Shown here in pieces: positions 29,425 to 39,629 of a stretch of DNA of 64,000 nucleotides; the stretch's first letter is position 1, and every line of letters starts with the position of its first letter. The DNA comes from an uncultured delta proteobacterium (lineage in GTDB: Bacteria; Desulfobacterota; Binatia; UBA9968), in NCBI GenBank assembly GCA_963745035.1, contig CAVUVW010000016.1:128001-192000 (forward strand), read 5' to 3'. The notes under the pieces are model-generated. The model was not told where the DNA came from. It worked only from the letters and a program-made list of their open reading frames with translations, and made no database searches. The position numbers and the translations under genes were made by a program.

Positions 29425-30996
29425 ATGAAGCAATTTTCAACGATCGCCAAAAACGGCATGGTGGCGTCGAGCCAGCCGCTCGCGACGCTCGCCGGAGTCG
29501 AGATTCTCATGAGCGGCGGCAATGCCATCGATGCGGCGGTCGCGACGGCCGCTGTGTTGGGAGTCGTTGAGCCAAGCTCGATCGGAATCGGCGGTGATGC
29601 GTTTTGCCTTTTCTATTCCGCCAAAGAGAAAACACTGAAAGCACTCGATGCGAGCGGCAGGTCGCCGCGCGCGATGAACCTCGATTTCTGCCGCAAGAGC
29701 GGGTTCAAAGGAATGCCGCAGCGCGGCATTCATTCCGTCACTGTTCCGGGTGCCGTGCATGGCTGGGCGACGCTGCTCGAATCCCATGGATCAAAGACGC
29801 TAGGTCAAGTTCTGCAAGCGGCGATCCGGTACGCCGACCAAGGGTTTCCGGTTGCGGAATTGACCGCTCACTCTTGGCAGGAATCGGCGACGAGTCTGAA
29901 AGCTGATGAAGGCGGGGCGATCAATTATCTTATCAACGGGCGAGCGCCCAAGTCCGCCGAGATCTTCGAGAACCCGCGCATGGCCAAGACCTTGAATCTT
30001 ATTGCCGATCACGGCCCCGACGTTTTCTACAAAGGCGAGATCGCCGAGAAGCTCGTACGCTGCTCGGAAAGACTGGGCGGGCTTTTCACGAAGCAGGATT
30101 TTGTTGATCACCGTTCAGATTGGGTCGAGCCGATCAGCGCCGGATATTGCGGCTACGAGGTCTGCGAGATGCCGCCGGCAACCCAGGGATTTGTCGCCTT
30201 GGAGATGCTTAGAATCCTCGAAGGCTTCGATTTGAAAGGCGCTGGGCCGCAGAGCGCCGATGCGCTGCACCTGATGATCGAGGCGAAGAAGCTTGCGTTT
30301 TTCGATCGCGATCTCCAACTCGCCGATCGAGACTTCATGAAAGTTCGGATTAGCGATTTGCTTTCTGGCAGTAGGATCAAGAATCTTCGGCAGCAGATCG
30401 AGTCGGAACGGGTTGCAGTCGAGTATCGGCAAGTCGCCACCGGGACGGACACCGAATACGTTGCCGCTGCCGACAACGAAGGCAATCTGGTTTCGTTTAT
30501 TCAGAGCAACTTCATGGGGTTCGGCTCGGGCGTAGTCGAGCCGCAAACCGGAATCGTTCTACAGAACCGCGGTCATCTCTTTTCGCTCGACGAGAATCAT
30601 CCCAACTGCATCGCGCCGCATAAGCGTTGCGTGCACACGCTGATGCCGGGAATGATCTTGCGGGACGGAAAACCATACGCCGCGCTCGGGCTAAAGGGCG
30701 GCCACGTGCAGCCGCAGGTCCAAGTGCAGATCATTACCAATCTCATTGATTTCGACATGACGCCGCAGGAAGCGATTTCGGCCCCCCGTTTTAATCACAT
30801 CGAAGGTGCGAAAGTCGGTCTGGAGGTGGAGTTCGCTCAGTCCGTCAAGGATGATCTAACTCGACGCGGCCATCAAGTCGTCGGCGGCAATCCGGAAAGC
30901 TTCGGCGGCGCGCACATGATTGCCATCGATCCGGAGTCCGGCGCTTTCATCGGTGGCTCCGATCCGCGCAAAGGCGGCTGCGCGCTGGGTTTTTAA
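29425..30996 (+). CDS. ggt: Gamma-glutamyltransferase family (cytoplasmic, YwrD/HpxW-like)
   Basis: GGNAIDAAVA, GIGGDAF, VTVPG, D-T nucleophile followed by GNLVSFIQS, SDPRKGG; no signal peptide. Confidence 0.9.
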   Translation: MKQFSTIAKNGMVASSQPLATLAGVEILMSGGNAIDAAVATAAVLGVVEPSSIGIGGDAFCLFYSAKEKTLKALDASGRSPRAMNLDFCRKSGFKGMPQRGIHSVTVPGAVHGWATLLESHGSKTLGQVLQAAIRYADQGFPVAELTAHSWQESATSLKADEGGAINYLINGRAPKSAEIFENPRMAKTLNLIADHGPDVFYKGEIAEKLVRCSERLGGLFTKQDFVDHRSDWVEPISAGYCGYEVCEMPPATQGFVALEMLRILEGFDLKGAGPQSADALHLMIEAKKLAFFDRDLQLADRDFMKVRISDLLSGSRIKNLRQQIESERVAVEYRQVATGTDTEYVAAADNEGNLVSFIQSNFMGFGSGVVEPQTGIVLQNRGHLFSLDENHPNCIAPHKRCVHTLMPGMILRDGKPYAALGLKGGHVQPQVQVQIITNLIDFDMTPQEAISAPRFNHIEGAKVGLEVEFAQSVKDDLTRRGHQVVGGNPESFGGAHMIAIDPESGAFIGGSDPRKGGCALGF

Positions 30997-31004
30997 GAAC
31001 CTCC

Positions 31005-31041
31005 GTTCAAGCAGTTCAAACCGTTCAAGACGTTCAAGCCG
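31005..31041 (+). repeat. 9-bp periodic GTTCAA array
   Basis: gttcaagca gttcaaacc gttcaagac gttcaagcc. Confidence 0.8.
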
Positions 31042-31203
31042 TCGTACCTCGGAACGGTTAACTCAAGTTTGCCAACTTCAGCCGTAGTTGATCCACTCGA
31101 GATTTCAGATTCTGTGATGTGTCTCACCGAGGCGCGATAGTCTAGAAATCATGCTTAAAATCAAATAGCACAGAGCAAAGCAATGCCGTAAGGAGAATCG
31201 TTG

Positions 31204-32799
31204 ATGGGCTATTTCAAAGATTTGCGCGAACATATCGCGGCGCTGGAGCAGGCGGGATTGCTGGTCAAGATCGACGAGCAGATCAACAAAGACACCGAGC
31301 TGATGCCGTTGGTGCGCTGGCAATTCCGCGGGCTCTCGGAGGAAGAGCGGCGCGCGTTCATGTTCACTAACGTCGTCGATGCCAAGGGGAAAAAATACGA
31401 CATTCCGGTTGTTGTCGGCACTCTGGCGGCGTCGCGGCAGATTTACGGCTTCGGCCTGCAATGTAAACCGGAAGAGATCGTGGATCGCTGGAACAAGGCG
31501 CAGAGCAATCCGATTGCTCCGAATGTAGTAGACGAAGCGCCGGTGCATGAAGTTGTCTACAAAGGTTCTTCTCTGATGGAGAAAGGGGGCTTGGGCGAAT
31601 TTCCGATTCCCATTTCCACGCCCGGTTATGACTGTGCTCCGTTTACCACGGCGTCTCATTGGTTCACAAAAGATCCCGAGACCGGCATCATCAACGTCGG
31701 CAACTACCGTGGCCATATCAAAAGCCCGACGCGCACCGGCGTGTTTTTGAGCTCCAGCAATCACGGCGGCTACCACTGGCGCAAGTGCCGGGAGCGCGGC
31801 ATTCCGCTACAGGCCGCACTGGTCATCGGCGCGCCCCCCTGCGTAGCCTATACGGCGCCTTCACGGATACCGTTTAGCGTGAGCGAGCTCGACGTCGCGG
31901 GCGGCCTCGCGGGCGCGCCGATCGACGTCGTGAAGTGCGTTACCAATGATATGCTTGTGCCCGCCAATGCGGAGATCGTGATCGAGGGGGAAATCTCCAC
32001 GGAATTTCTCGAGCCGGAGGCGCCGTTCGGCGAATCGACGGGTTACATTGCGGAACGCTTGCTCAACCCCTACTTCGAAGTGATGTGCATCACGCACCGC
32101 AAAAACCCGATCCTGGCGACGATCATCAGCCAGATGCCGCCGAGCGAATCGAGTGTCATGCGCCAGGTTGCGGCGGAAGGAAACTATCTGCGTTTCCTGC
32201 GCGATCAATGCAACATTCCCGGCATTGCCGAAGTCGCCTTTCACAGCATCGCCGTGCGCCAGATCTGCGTGATCAAGATGAAAAAAATCAACCAGGCGCA
32301 TGTCTGGCAGGCGCTGCACAGCATGGTCGGCTACAATCCCGCGACCGGCAAGATGGTGATTGCCGTCGATGAAGATATTAACCCGCGCAACCTCGATTCA
32401 CTGTTTTGGGCGATGGCGTTTCGCATGCAGCCTCATCGCGACGTGCTGATCATCCGTAACCGCACGCCGCAGATGGATCCGTCGGTCTTTCCTCCGGGCC
32501 AAGAATCGGGACATTCGTTGGATGAGATCGCCGGCGCGTCCGCCATGCTGATCGACGCCACGCGAAAGTGGGACTATCCGCCGGTATCGCTGCCGAAGAA
32601 AGAATACATGGAGCGCGCCAAACAGTTATGGGAGAGGCTCGAGTTGCCGAAGCTCAAGCCGCAGGATCCCTGGTTTGGTTACAATCTAGGCTTGTGGTCG
32701 GAAGAAGACGAGACAGAGGCGGAACTGGCAGTCAGGGGCGAGCATTATCAGACCGGCGAGAAGCGCATGCAGCAGCGGGTGCCGGTGAAAAAATTATAG
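31204..32799 (+). CDS. UbiD family (prFMN-dependent) decarboxylase
   Basis: DLREHI, KDPETG..NVGNYR, VPANAEIVIEG, EAPFGE, VDEDI, IDAT. Confidence 0.92.
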   Translation: MGYFKDLREHIAALEQAGLLVKIDEQINKDTELMPLVRWQFRGLSEEERRAFMFTNVVDAKGKKYDIPVVVGTLAASRQIYGFGLQCKPEEIVDRWNKAQSNPIAPNVVDEAPVHEVVYKGSSLMEKGGLGEFPIPISTPGYDCAPFTTASHWFTKDPETGIINVGNYRGHIKSPTRTGVFLSSSNHGGYHWRKCRERGIPLQAALVIGAPPCVAYTAPSRIPFSVSELDVAGGLAGAPIDVVKCVTNDMLVPANAEIVIEGEISTEFLEPEAPFGESTGYIAERLLNPYFEVMCITHRKNPILATIISQMPPSESSVMRQVAAEGNYLRFLRDQCNIPGIAEVAFHSIAVRQICVIKMKKINQAHVWQALHSMVGYNPATGKMVIAVDEDINPRNLDSLFWAMAFRMQPHRDVLIIRNRTPQMDPSVFPPGQESGHSLDEIAGASAMLIDATRKWDYPPVSLPKKEYMERAKQLWERLELPKLKPQDPWFGYNLGLWSEEDETEAELAVRGEHYQTGEKRMQQRVPVKKL

Positions 32800-32811
32800 G
32801 AGAAGGCACCT

Positions 32812-32847
32812 GTTCAAATCGTTCAAGCCGTTCAAAACGTTCAAAGC
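32812..32847 (+). repeat. 9-bp periodic GTTCAA array
   Basis: gttcaaatc gttcaagcc gttcaaaac gttcaaagc. Confidence 0.8.
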
Positions 32848-32921
32848 GTGCGGCCAGATTCGCGAACAGATAGCTGCCGAATGCAGAAGCGACGGGCGTA
32901 GATTGATTCAGCGATCCTACG

Positions 32922-33905
32922 CTATTTGCTACCCAACTCCTTCAGCGCTTCTTCCACCAGCGACTGTTCGACGACCATCTGCGGCGTCACCGTCGGCGGA
33001 ATCAGCTTCTGGTCTTTTTCGATCTGCAGAAGTATGTCGACGCCGTCGAGCGGCACGCGGCCGTCACGGCTGAAGGATTCGACGACGATTTCGTAGGACT
33101 CTCGAGCGAGTTTTTCGTCCATGTTGAAGCGTTTACGAATGACGTCCGCGGTGCCTGAGGCGTTGGCTTGAATGAATCTCATCGCTTCGATCTCGGCTTT
33201 GAGCACCCGCTTGATCTGAGCGCGATGGTTCTGGATCCGGTCGAGAGTCGTACCTATGCCAGAAAAGGGAATGACCACGTGTTGAGCCGTTTGCGCCAGG
33301 ATGGGAAAGCCTTCTCGTTTGAGTTGGACGGAAAACGGCGGCGCCAGAACGACGACGTCGGCGCGGCCGGCCTTGAAGGCGTCGAACATGACTTTTTCAT
33401 CGCCGATGGCGAGGAACTTCACGTCTTTATCAGGGTCGAAGCCGAGCTTGCTCAGCGTGATGCGGGTGCTGATATGATTGGTACCGCCGATCGACGTGAG
33501 TCCGATCACCGCGCCTTTGAGATCTTTGATGCTCTTGTATTTATGCTGGCCGATGATGCTGAAGAACGGCGCCTTGATGCCGGTCGAAATCGCGCGGATC
33601 GGCAGGCCTCGGGCGGCGGAGCGAATGGCGGAACCGATCAGCTCGATATAATGAATCTCGCCGCTTAAAAGCGCGGCTACGGAGATATTCGGCCTCATCT
33701 GAATCAGCTCAACGTCGGAGCCGTGCTTCAAGTAAAAGCCGCGATCCTTCGCGACAAAAGGCACCATGAAGGCCAATGATCCCGTGGCGATGGCGATGCG
33801 CACTTTCTCGGGCTTTTCCTGGCTTGCAATCTTTTCAGGGACAATCAGTAGGAAGAGTAAGAGCGCTGAGACGATGAAGCGAAAAATGTTTTGAGGGCCG
33901 AGCAT
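32922..33905 (-). CDS. ABC substrate-binding protein, SsuA/NMT1 family
   Basis: Signal peptide; VAKDRGFYLKHG, DLKGAVIG, DPDKDV. Confidence 0.86.
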   Translation of the reverse strand: MLGPQNIFRFIVSALLLFLLIVPEKIASQEKPEKVRIAIATGSLAFMVPFVAKDRGFYLKHGSDVELIQMRPNISVAALLSGEIHYIELIGSAIRSAARGLPIRAISTGIKAPFFSIIGQHKYKSIKDLKGAVIGLTSIGGTNHISTRITLSKLGFDPDKDVKFLAIGDEKVMFDAFKAGRADVVVLAPPFSVQLKREGFPILAQTAQHVVIPFSGIGTTLDRIQNHRAQIKRVLKAEIEAMRFIQANASGTADVIRKRFNMDEKLARESYEIVVESFSRDGRVPLDGVDILLQIEKDQKLIPPTVTPQMVVEQSLVEEALKELGSK

Positions 33906-34043
33906 GATTTGCTCTATTTATGTTTGATCCGGAGGGATTGCAAGCAATCCAGAGGTATCGACTTTGTGCTATTCTTCTCAAGTTCTGTTAGGTGATTTTT
34001 ATTGTGAAGCACATTCGGCTTTCAACGGGTCGGGAGCCTATCG

Positions 34044-35063
34044 ATGAAGTTTGACGCGAGCTTGCTGGTTCATGATCTCGGGCAAATGCCGGCGCTGGCG
34101 CGGTTCGCGGAGGATACCGGCTTCGATGGAATCTGGACTTTTGAGACGGCGCACGAGCCGTTTCTACCGCTCGTCCTCGCCGCGGAACATAGCCGGTGCT
34201 TGAGCGTGGGCACGAGTATCGCGGTAGCGTTCGCGCGCAGCCCGGCGATCCTCGCGTCGATCAGTTGGGATCTGGCGCGCTTTTCCAAAGGCCGATTCAT
34301 CCTAGGCCTCGGTACTCAGGTGAAGGGCCACAATGAGCGGCGCTTCGGCGTCAAATGGGACAAGCCAGTCGAGAAGATGCGCGAGGTCATTCTCGCTGTC
34401 CGGGCGATTTGGGACTGTTGGCAAAACAAAACGCGGCTTAACTTTCAGGGCGAGTATTTCAAGCTGACCTTGATGACGCCGTTTTTCAGCCCGGCGCCGC
34501 ACGAATATCATCGCATACCGATTTTTATCGCCGGAGTGAACCGGCGCATGTGCCAGCTCGGCGGCGAGTTGTGCGAAGGCTTCCATGTGCATCCGCTGCA
34601 CAGCGTGCGTTATCTTAGCGACATCGTGCTGCCGAACATTGAACAAGGATTGCAGAAAGCCGGGCGGCAACGTCGGGATATCGAGCTCTCGAGCAGTATC
34701 TTCGTTATTCCCACCGACGATCCGAAGGAGGCCGCGCGCTATGACACGGAGGTGCGGCAGCAGATCTCTTTCTATGCCAGCACGCCGCCGTATCGTCCTG
34801 TGTTCGATCTTGAAGGCTGGGGCGACGTCGCCGATCAGCTTAAAGCTTTCGCCGCAAAGGGACGATGGGCGGAAATGCCCTCGTTGATTACAGACGAGAT
34901 GCTCGATCGGCTGGCGTTGCGCGGCACTTGGGCGGATTTGCCGGAAAAAGTTTTGAAGAAATACACGGGACTACTGGATAGGGTGAGTTACTATTTTCCG
35001 GTCGTTCCGGGTGAGAATGAGGACGGTTGGCGGGCAACGGTCGCCGGCTTCAAGATGCAATAA
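34044..35063 (+). CDS. LLM-class probable F420-dependent oxidoreductase (TIGR03617-like)
   Basis: ETAHEPF, IAVAFARSP, GRFILGLGTQVKGH, LMTPFF, FYASTPPY. Confidence 0.88.
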   Translation: MKFDASLLVHDLGQMPALARFAEDTGFDGIWTFETAHEPFLPLVLAAEHSRCLSVGTSIAVAFARSPAILASISWDLARFSKGRFILGLGTQVKGHNERRFGVKWDKPVEKMREVILAVRAIWDCWQNKTRLNFQGEYFKLTLMTPFFSPAPHEYHRIPIFIAGVNRRMCQLGGELCEGFHVHPLHSVRYLSDIVLPNIEQGLQKAGRQRRDIELSSSIFVIPTDDPKEAARYDTEVRQQISFYASTPPYRPVFDLEGWGDVADQLKAFAAKGRWAEMPSLITDEMLDRLALRGTWADLPEKVLKKYTGLLDRVSYYFPVVPGENEDGWRATVAGFKMQ

Positions 35064-35068
35064 AATAG

Positions 35069-36202
35069 TTAGTTCAAGTGGTCCGGCGCGGCTGAGAGGT
35101 CCATTTTTTCCGTCGCGCGAAGCGTCTCGACCCGATCTTTGCCGGTTCTCTTGGCGCGATAAAGCGCCTGATCGGCATCCGACATCAGTCGTCTTTCGTC
35201 CAAAGAATCGTTTAGGGCTCCGGAGCTGATCCCGATGCTTACCGTGACGGGGAGAAGCCCTTTCGTTGTCTCCACGGGGTTTTCCCTGATCGCGGACAAA
35301 AGTCGGTTAGCCACCTCGATGGCGCCATCGAGATTGGTTTCCGGAAGGATGACGACAAATTCTTCGCCACCGATACGAGCCACAAAATCCATCGTTCTTA
35401 GGCTCCCGCTCAACAGTGCCGCGACTTTCTGAAGCACGATATCGCCTGCGTCGTGGCCGAGGGAATCATTGACTAACTTGAAGTTGTCTACATCGACCAT
35501 CAAAAGGGCCAGATCACGGGAGTATCTTTTCGATCGCTCGATTTCTTGACTCATTCTTTCTTTATAGGCATGCCGGTTTGGCAAGCCGGTGAGGAAGTCG
35601 TGACGCGCTTCCCTTTCCGCTTTTTCTCTGAGGGTGTGTTCGTTGTTTACGACTTGGACAAAATAGCTATAAAAAATCGAAGCCGCTAAAACGAACGGCA
35701 CGCGCAGCAGCAAATGCGTGGTCAAACTTTCGGCCAAAAAAAGAAGGAAACTGTAAAAGAAGCAAAGGAGGATCGCGAAACCGAGAGACCAGCGAAGATC
35801 CTGCCAGAAACCGGCGATGATGATGATCAGAAAGTAAGAAAGATAGAAATCACTGCCGAGCTGTCCGGCGACGATCAGCGCGAAACTCAATGCGACTGTA
35901 TCGGCAAAGACGAGCGTCGCGAGAAAACGAACTGAATCAAACGACCTGGGCTCGAGGGAGTAAAGAGACACATTAGTCGAAACATAAAGCAGGACAAAGG
36001 CATGGATCAAATCGACCGACAATAACGTTTCCTGCGCGAACAGCAAAAGATAGGAAGCAACGGCGATCACCAACCAGCGCATCCGAATGATGGTTTGTTT
36101 TTTCGGCGCATCGAACACCGATTTGGCAAACGAGGAGAGCGAAAAATTCTCGAGATCGTATAGGAAGCGTGGGCTACTTAGGCTGATTGATTCCCAGTGC
36201 AT
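35069..36202 (-). CDS. Membrane-anchored diguanylate cyclase
   Basis: Several TM helices; HDFLTGLPNR, DVDNFK.VND..GH..GD, RxxD I-site, GGEEF. Confidence 0.92.
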   Translation of the reverse strand: MHWESISLSSPRFLYDLENFSLSSFAKSVFDAPKKQTIIRMRWLVIAVASYLLLFAQETLLSVDLIHAFVLLYVSTNVSLYSLEPRSFDSVRFLATLVFADTVALSFALIVAGQLGSDFYLSYFLIIIIAGFWQDLRWSLGFAILLCFFYSFLLFLAESLTTHLLLRVPFVLAASIFYSYFVQVVNNEHTLREKAEREARHDFLTGLPNRHAYKERMSQEIERSKRYSRDLALLMVDVDNFKLVNDSLGHDAGDIVLQKVAALLSGSLRTMDFVARIGGEEFVVILPETNLDGAIEVANRLLSAIRENPVETTKGLLPVTVSIGISSGALNDSLDERRLMSDADQALYRAKRTGKDRVETLRATEKMDLSAAPDHLN

Positions 36203-36347
36203 ACGGTTGGAATTTTCCGCTGCCTTCTTTCATGCGGTCGGAAGTATAGCGGAATTTCTGGCAAGCGATGGCAGCAAAGCACATGCCAAAATGTCACAAT
36301 TAGCCAAGTCGTGAAATTAACGTCGGTATCGCTTCCTGATCAGGAGA

Positions 36348-36563
36348 ATGGCTGGTCTGAAATTGGACAAAAACGTTGCAGTCGACATAAGACGCCTCAA
36401 ACGCCGGTTGAAGGATCGACGGTACGATGTCGGAGGCAGGCGCGCGTGGCCGCGCTGCGCATGCTTGTTGCGCTCGAGAATCATTTCGACCAGTCCGCCC
36501 TTGTCTTTGTCAGAGAATTTCCGAGATGCTGCGAAGGTGGCCGATGTTTTTGACTTCGTCTAA
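36348..36563 (+). CDS. Small hypothetical protein, possibly frameshifted
   Basis: AGGAG RBS before the ATG; fills an intergenic gap; no recognised motif. Confidence 0.3.
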   Translation: MAGLKLDKNVAVDIRRLKRRLKDRRYDVGGRRAWPRCACLLRSRIISTSPPLSLSENFRDAAKVADVFDFV

Positions 36564-36612
36564 CCAGACGCGCAAGTCGTGATTGGCTGGGGTCATTGGT
36601 CACTCCGTTCTA

Positions 36613-36697
36613 ATGAAAGGATGAACAAAGGATAAAGGATGAAGAAACCGGGAATGTGGTCCGGATATTTATCCTTCATCCCTCATCCTTTCGCCTT
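36613..36697. repeat. Inverted repeat with 7-bp periodic GGATGAA/TTCATCC arms
   Basis: aaggatgaacaaaggataaaggatgaa ... ttatccttcatccctcatcctt. Confidence 0.65.
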
Positions 36698-36700
36698 TTC

Positions 36701-37468
36701 TTAGTCTGCCAGTTCCACCGCCGCGCGGTGCATGACGCCGTAGAGGTCCACGGCCGCGATGGCGCAGTATTCCAGGTTGTAGCCTTCCCGAGTGTCGGCG
36801 TAGCCATCTTCGAGAATGCGCTGCATGACGAGCTTGTTGAAGCTGCCGTGACCCATGACGCCGTCTTCGTGCTCTTTCAGATCGGCTTCCTCGTGGGTCG
36901 AAAAATAGACCGCTTGCTGTTTGGTGAAGCCGTATTTCTCGGTCAAAGTTTTGAACCACATGGCAGACCAATGACCGATGGGCTCTTCGGTGAGCATGGA
37001 GAACCACCACTCGGCGACGGTGCCTTCCCACATGAGCTGCCGTTTGAAATCGAGAATCGCGCGGCACTCGGGCAGCATCGGCTCGCGCAATACCTGGTCC
37101 TTCGTGAGGCCAAGGGCTTCGGCGGTTTGCAGCATGACCAGCACGTGGCCCGGCGGCTTGGGATGGATGAATTCGTCGGCGATCTTCGAGCCGAGCGGCC
37201 CCATCAAATCCGGGTGCCGCTTAAAAAAGCCGATGTGCTTGTGATACGAGACCGACACGAGTGTGTTGATCTCGACAGTGAAGTTGCCCCAGTTTTTGAA
37301 GAATAATTTAATTGCCGGCATCGGCAGAGTGCCTTCGAGGAATTTCTTCATGAACGGGCCGTCGGTGACGCGCTCGCGCCAACGCTGAACCACTTTCTTG
37401 TTCACGGCGTCGATGTAGGCCTTGGCGTCGTCGGCGCTCATCTTCACGCCGAGTTTGGGGGTAACCAT
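36701..37468 (-). CDS. Heme-oxygenase-like diiron (CADD/TenA-fold) protein, subfamily B, copy 1
   Basis: DEFIHPKPPGH, TEE, YFSTHEEADLKEH..GH (CADD-like YFxxHEEAD). Confidence 0.8.
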   Translation of the reverse strand: MVTPKLGVKMSADDAKAYIDAVNKKVVQRWRERVTDGPFMKKFLEGTLPMPAIKLFFKNWGNFTVEINTLVSVSYHKHIGFFKRHPDLMGPLGSKIADEFIHPKPPGHVLVMLQTAEALGLTKDQVLREPMLPECRAILDFKRQLMWEGTVAEWWFSMLTEEPIGHWSAMWFKTLTEKYGFTKQQAVYFSTHEEADLKEHEDGVMGHGSFNKLVMQRILEDGYADTREGYNLEYCAIAAVDLYGVMHRAAVELAD

Positions 37469-37544
37469 CAGGACGTTATTATCGTAAGGCAGGAAAGTTT
37501 GCCAGCGGCCGGAATGGATCGCGACTCTCGCTTGTGCGACGCAC

Positions 37545-37650
37545 TGTCAGAACATATCTGAGGCCCTTCGTCAGGCTCAGGATGAATCCGCCGAAGAATC
37601 TGCTTTTCACGTTTGAAAAAAGCAGAGCTTCGCTTTCGCTCAGCATGATA
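37545..37650. repeat. REP-like element (CCCTTCG.CAGGCTCAGGATGA / CTTCGCT.CGCTCAGCATGA family)
   Basis: cccttcgtcaggctcaggatga ... gaagaatctgct ... agcagagcttcgctttcgctcagcatga. Confidence 0.55.
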
Positions 37651-37674
37651 GCCGAATAGTTCGATGTATGACGT

Positions 37675-38142
37675 TTAGAAGAGCGATTGAATGAGCGGCG
37701 TGGGCCAGGGCACATGGAGGATCTTTTCGAAGACGCCATAGACGAAGCCCCAGGCGATGGTACTAAGCATTAGGCCGAGCGCCCAGCCGGCGCCGTAGAA
37801 TTTACTGTAGGCGAGCACGAACACGGGCACGGCGATGGGAAAGCCGATGGTCACGATCAACAAATAAAAGCCGACGATCCAGCACCAGATCTCCACGTTG
37901 CCCCATTTGGTTTCCCTCTCTGCCAGCGGCATTTCGAATTGGGAACGCTCCACCGGTGCGTCGGATTTTCCGGCGTCCAAAGCAAATTGCCAGATCGCCA
38001 GGACTACACCGATGCTGCCGAGAACGAGCACACCGATCGAAGCGCGGATCGGCCAATCGCGCGCGAACCACAGCGCAGCGGCAATGACGGTGCCGATGAA
38101 AAGTGTAAACAGCAGCCCTTCGAGCTTCATCCGCGCATTCAT
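37675..38142 (-). CDS. tctB: TctB small permease
   Basis: About 4-5 TM helices, ending VFEKILHVPWP; downstream of tctA. Confidence 0.8.
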   Translation of the reverse strand: MNARMKLEGLLFTLFIGTVIAAALWFARDWPIRASIGVLVLGSIGVVLAIWQFALDAGKSDAPVERSQFEMPLAERETKWGNVEIWCWIVGFYLLIVTIGFPIAVPVFVLAYSKFYGAGWALGLMLSTIAWGFVYGVFEKILHVPWPTPLIQSLF

Positions 38143-39626
38143 GACTGTTTTAGCTGAGCTTCACGCTCGCGCCGATTTTGCAGCATGGGATAACAAAGCG
38201 ACAGCACCAACAGGATCGCCAGGATGATCACACCGGGCCGGCTGAGCCACTCCAAGCCGAAGCGGCCGTAGGACAGCCACAGATAGTTCTCCATCTTGTC
38301 GCCGAGCACCATGCCGAGGACGAGTGGCGAGCGCGGCCAGCCGTGGCGGCGCATGAGGAAGCCGAGAAACGAAAAGCCGAGAAGGGCGATCAAGTCGATG
38401 CTGCTGCGGTTGGCGGCGAAGGCGCCGATGAAGACGAAAACCAAAATCAGCGGCACGAGGGAATAGAACGGCATAAAACACATGCGCGAGATCGGCTTGA
38501 TGAAGGCCAGGCAGATCGCGACGGCGATGATGTTGGCGACGGTGAGGGTCCAGACCACGGCGAAAGTGAGGTTGAGCTGGGTCGTCAGCATCTCCGGTCC
38601 GGGATTGATGCCGACGGCGATGAGCGCGGTCAGGATCAGCGCCGTCGAAGTTCCGCCGGGAATGCCGAAAGCGAGAGTCGGTATGTAATCGCCGGCTTCT
38701 TTGGAATTGTTCGAGGACTCGGCGGCGATGACGCCGCGGATGTCGCCCCTGCCGAAGTTTTCTTTGTTCTTTTCGGTTTGGACCGCGTGGGCGTAGGCGA
38801 ACCAGTCGGCCACCGAGCTGCCGAGGCCGGGGAGAAAGCCGACCCAGATGCCGATCGCCGAGGCGCGCAAAGTCAGCCACCAGTGACGAAAGACATCACG
38901 CGCTCCTTGCCAGAAACCGTGGCCGAGTTCTTGGGTTTCCGCCACCTTGGTTTTACGCGCGGCAAGGTCGATACATTCCGGTATGGCGAAGATGCCCAGC
39001 GCGACCAGCACCAAATCGATTCCTTCGATCAAATAACTGCTATCGAAGGTGAAGCGTTCGATGCCCGACTTGTCGTCGACTCCGACGGCGGAGATGAAGA
39101 TGCCCAGGATGCCGGCGAGCAAACCTTTGAGCGGCACATTGCCGCTCAAGACGCCGACCATAGTGATACCCCAAAGGGTCAGCATGAAGAATTCCGGCGA
39201 GCCGAACGACAGCACCAGCGGCCGAAGAAAGGGCAAGGAAGCGAGCAGGACGATCGGCCCGATGAGACCGCCGACCAGCGAGGCGACGAACGACGCGCTG
39301 AGGGCGCGCATCGCTTGGCCCTGCTTCGCCAACGGATAACCATCGAGGACCGTGGCTTGCGATCCCGAGCCGCCGGGGACAGAAATCAGCACGGCGGTAA
39401 ACGCGCTCGCGGTATTGCCGACGGCATCGAAGCCGACGAGAAGCGCGATGACGGCGTACGGATCTTTCATCGTCATCACGAAGGGGAGCATGATGGCGAG
39501 GGTGCTCGGGCCGCCAATGCCGGGGAGAAAACCGACGATGCTGCCCAAGATCACACCCAGGCACATGAGTCCCAGATGGTGTGGGGTGAGGACTTGAACG
39601 AGCCCCTCGAGGGCGGCTTCGATCAT
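38139..39626 (-). CDS. tctA: TctA large permease
   Basis: GFLPGIG, VPGGSGSQATVLDGYP, FGRGDIRGVIAAESSNN, PTLAFGIPG. Confidence 0.92.
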   Translation of the reverse strand: MIEAALEGLVQVLTPHHLGLMCLGVILGSIVGFLPGIGGPSTLAIMLPFVMTMKDPYAVIALLVGFDAVGNTASAFTAVLISVPGGSGSQATVLDGYPLAKQGQAMRALSASFVASLVGGLIGPIVLLASLPFLRPLVLSFGSPEFFMLTLWGITMVGVLSGNVPLKGLLAGILGIFISAVGVDDKSGIERFTFDSSYLIEGIDLVLVALGIFAIPECIDLAARKTKVAETQELGHGFWQGARDVFRHWWLTLRASAIGIWVGFLPGLGSSVADWFAYAHAVQTEKNKENFGRGDIRGVIAAESSNNSKEAGDYIPTLAFGIPGGTSTALILTALIAVGINPGPEMLTTQLNLTFAVVWTLTVANIIAVAICLAFIKPISRMCFMPFYSLVPLILVFVFIGAFAANRSSIDLIALLGFSFLGFLMRRHGWPRSPLVLGMVLGDKMENYLWLSYGRFGLEWLSRPGVIILAILLVLSLCYPMLQNRREREAQLKQS

Positions 39627-39629
39627 CGA

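Noticed and set aside
20687-32847. GTTCAA arrays as CRISPR
   Set aside because: Units are 7-9 bp with no unique 30-40 bp spacers, and there are no cas genes.
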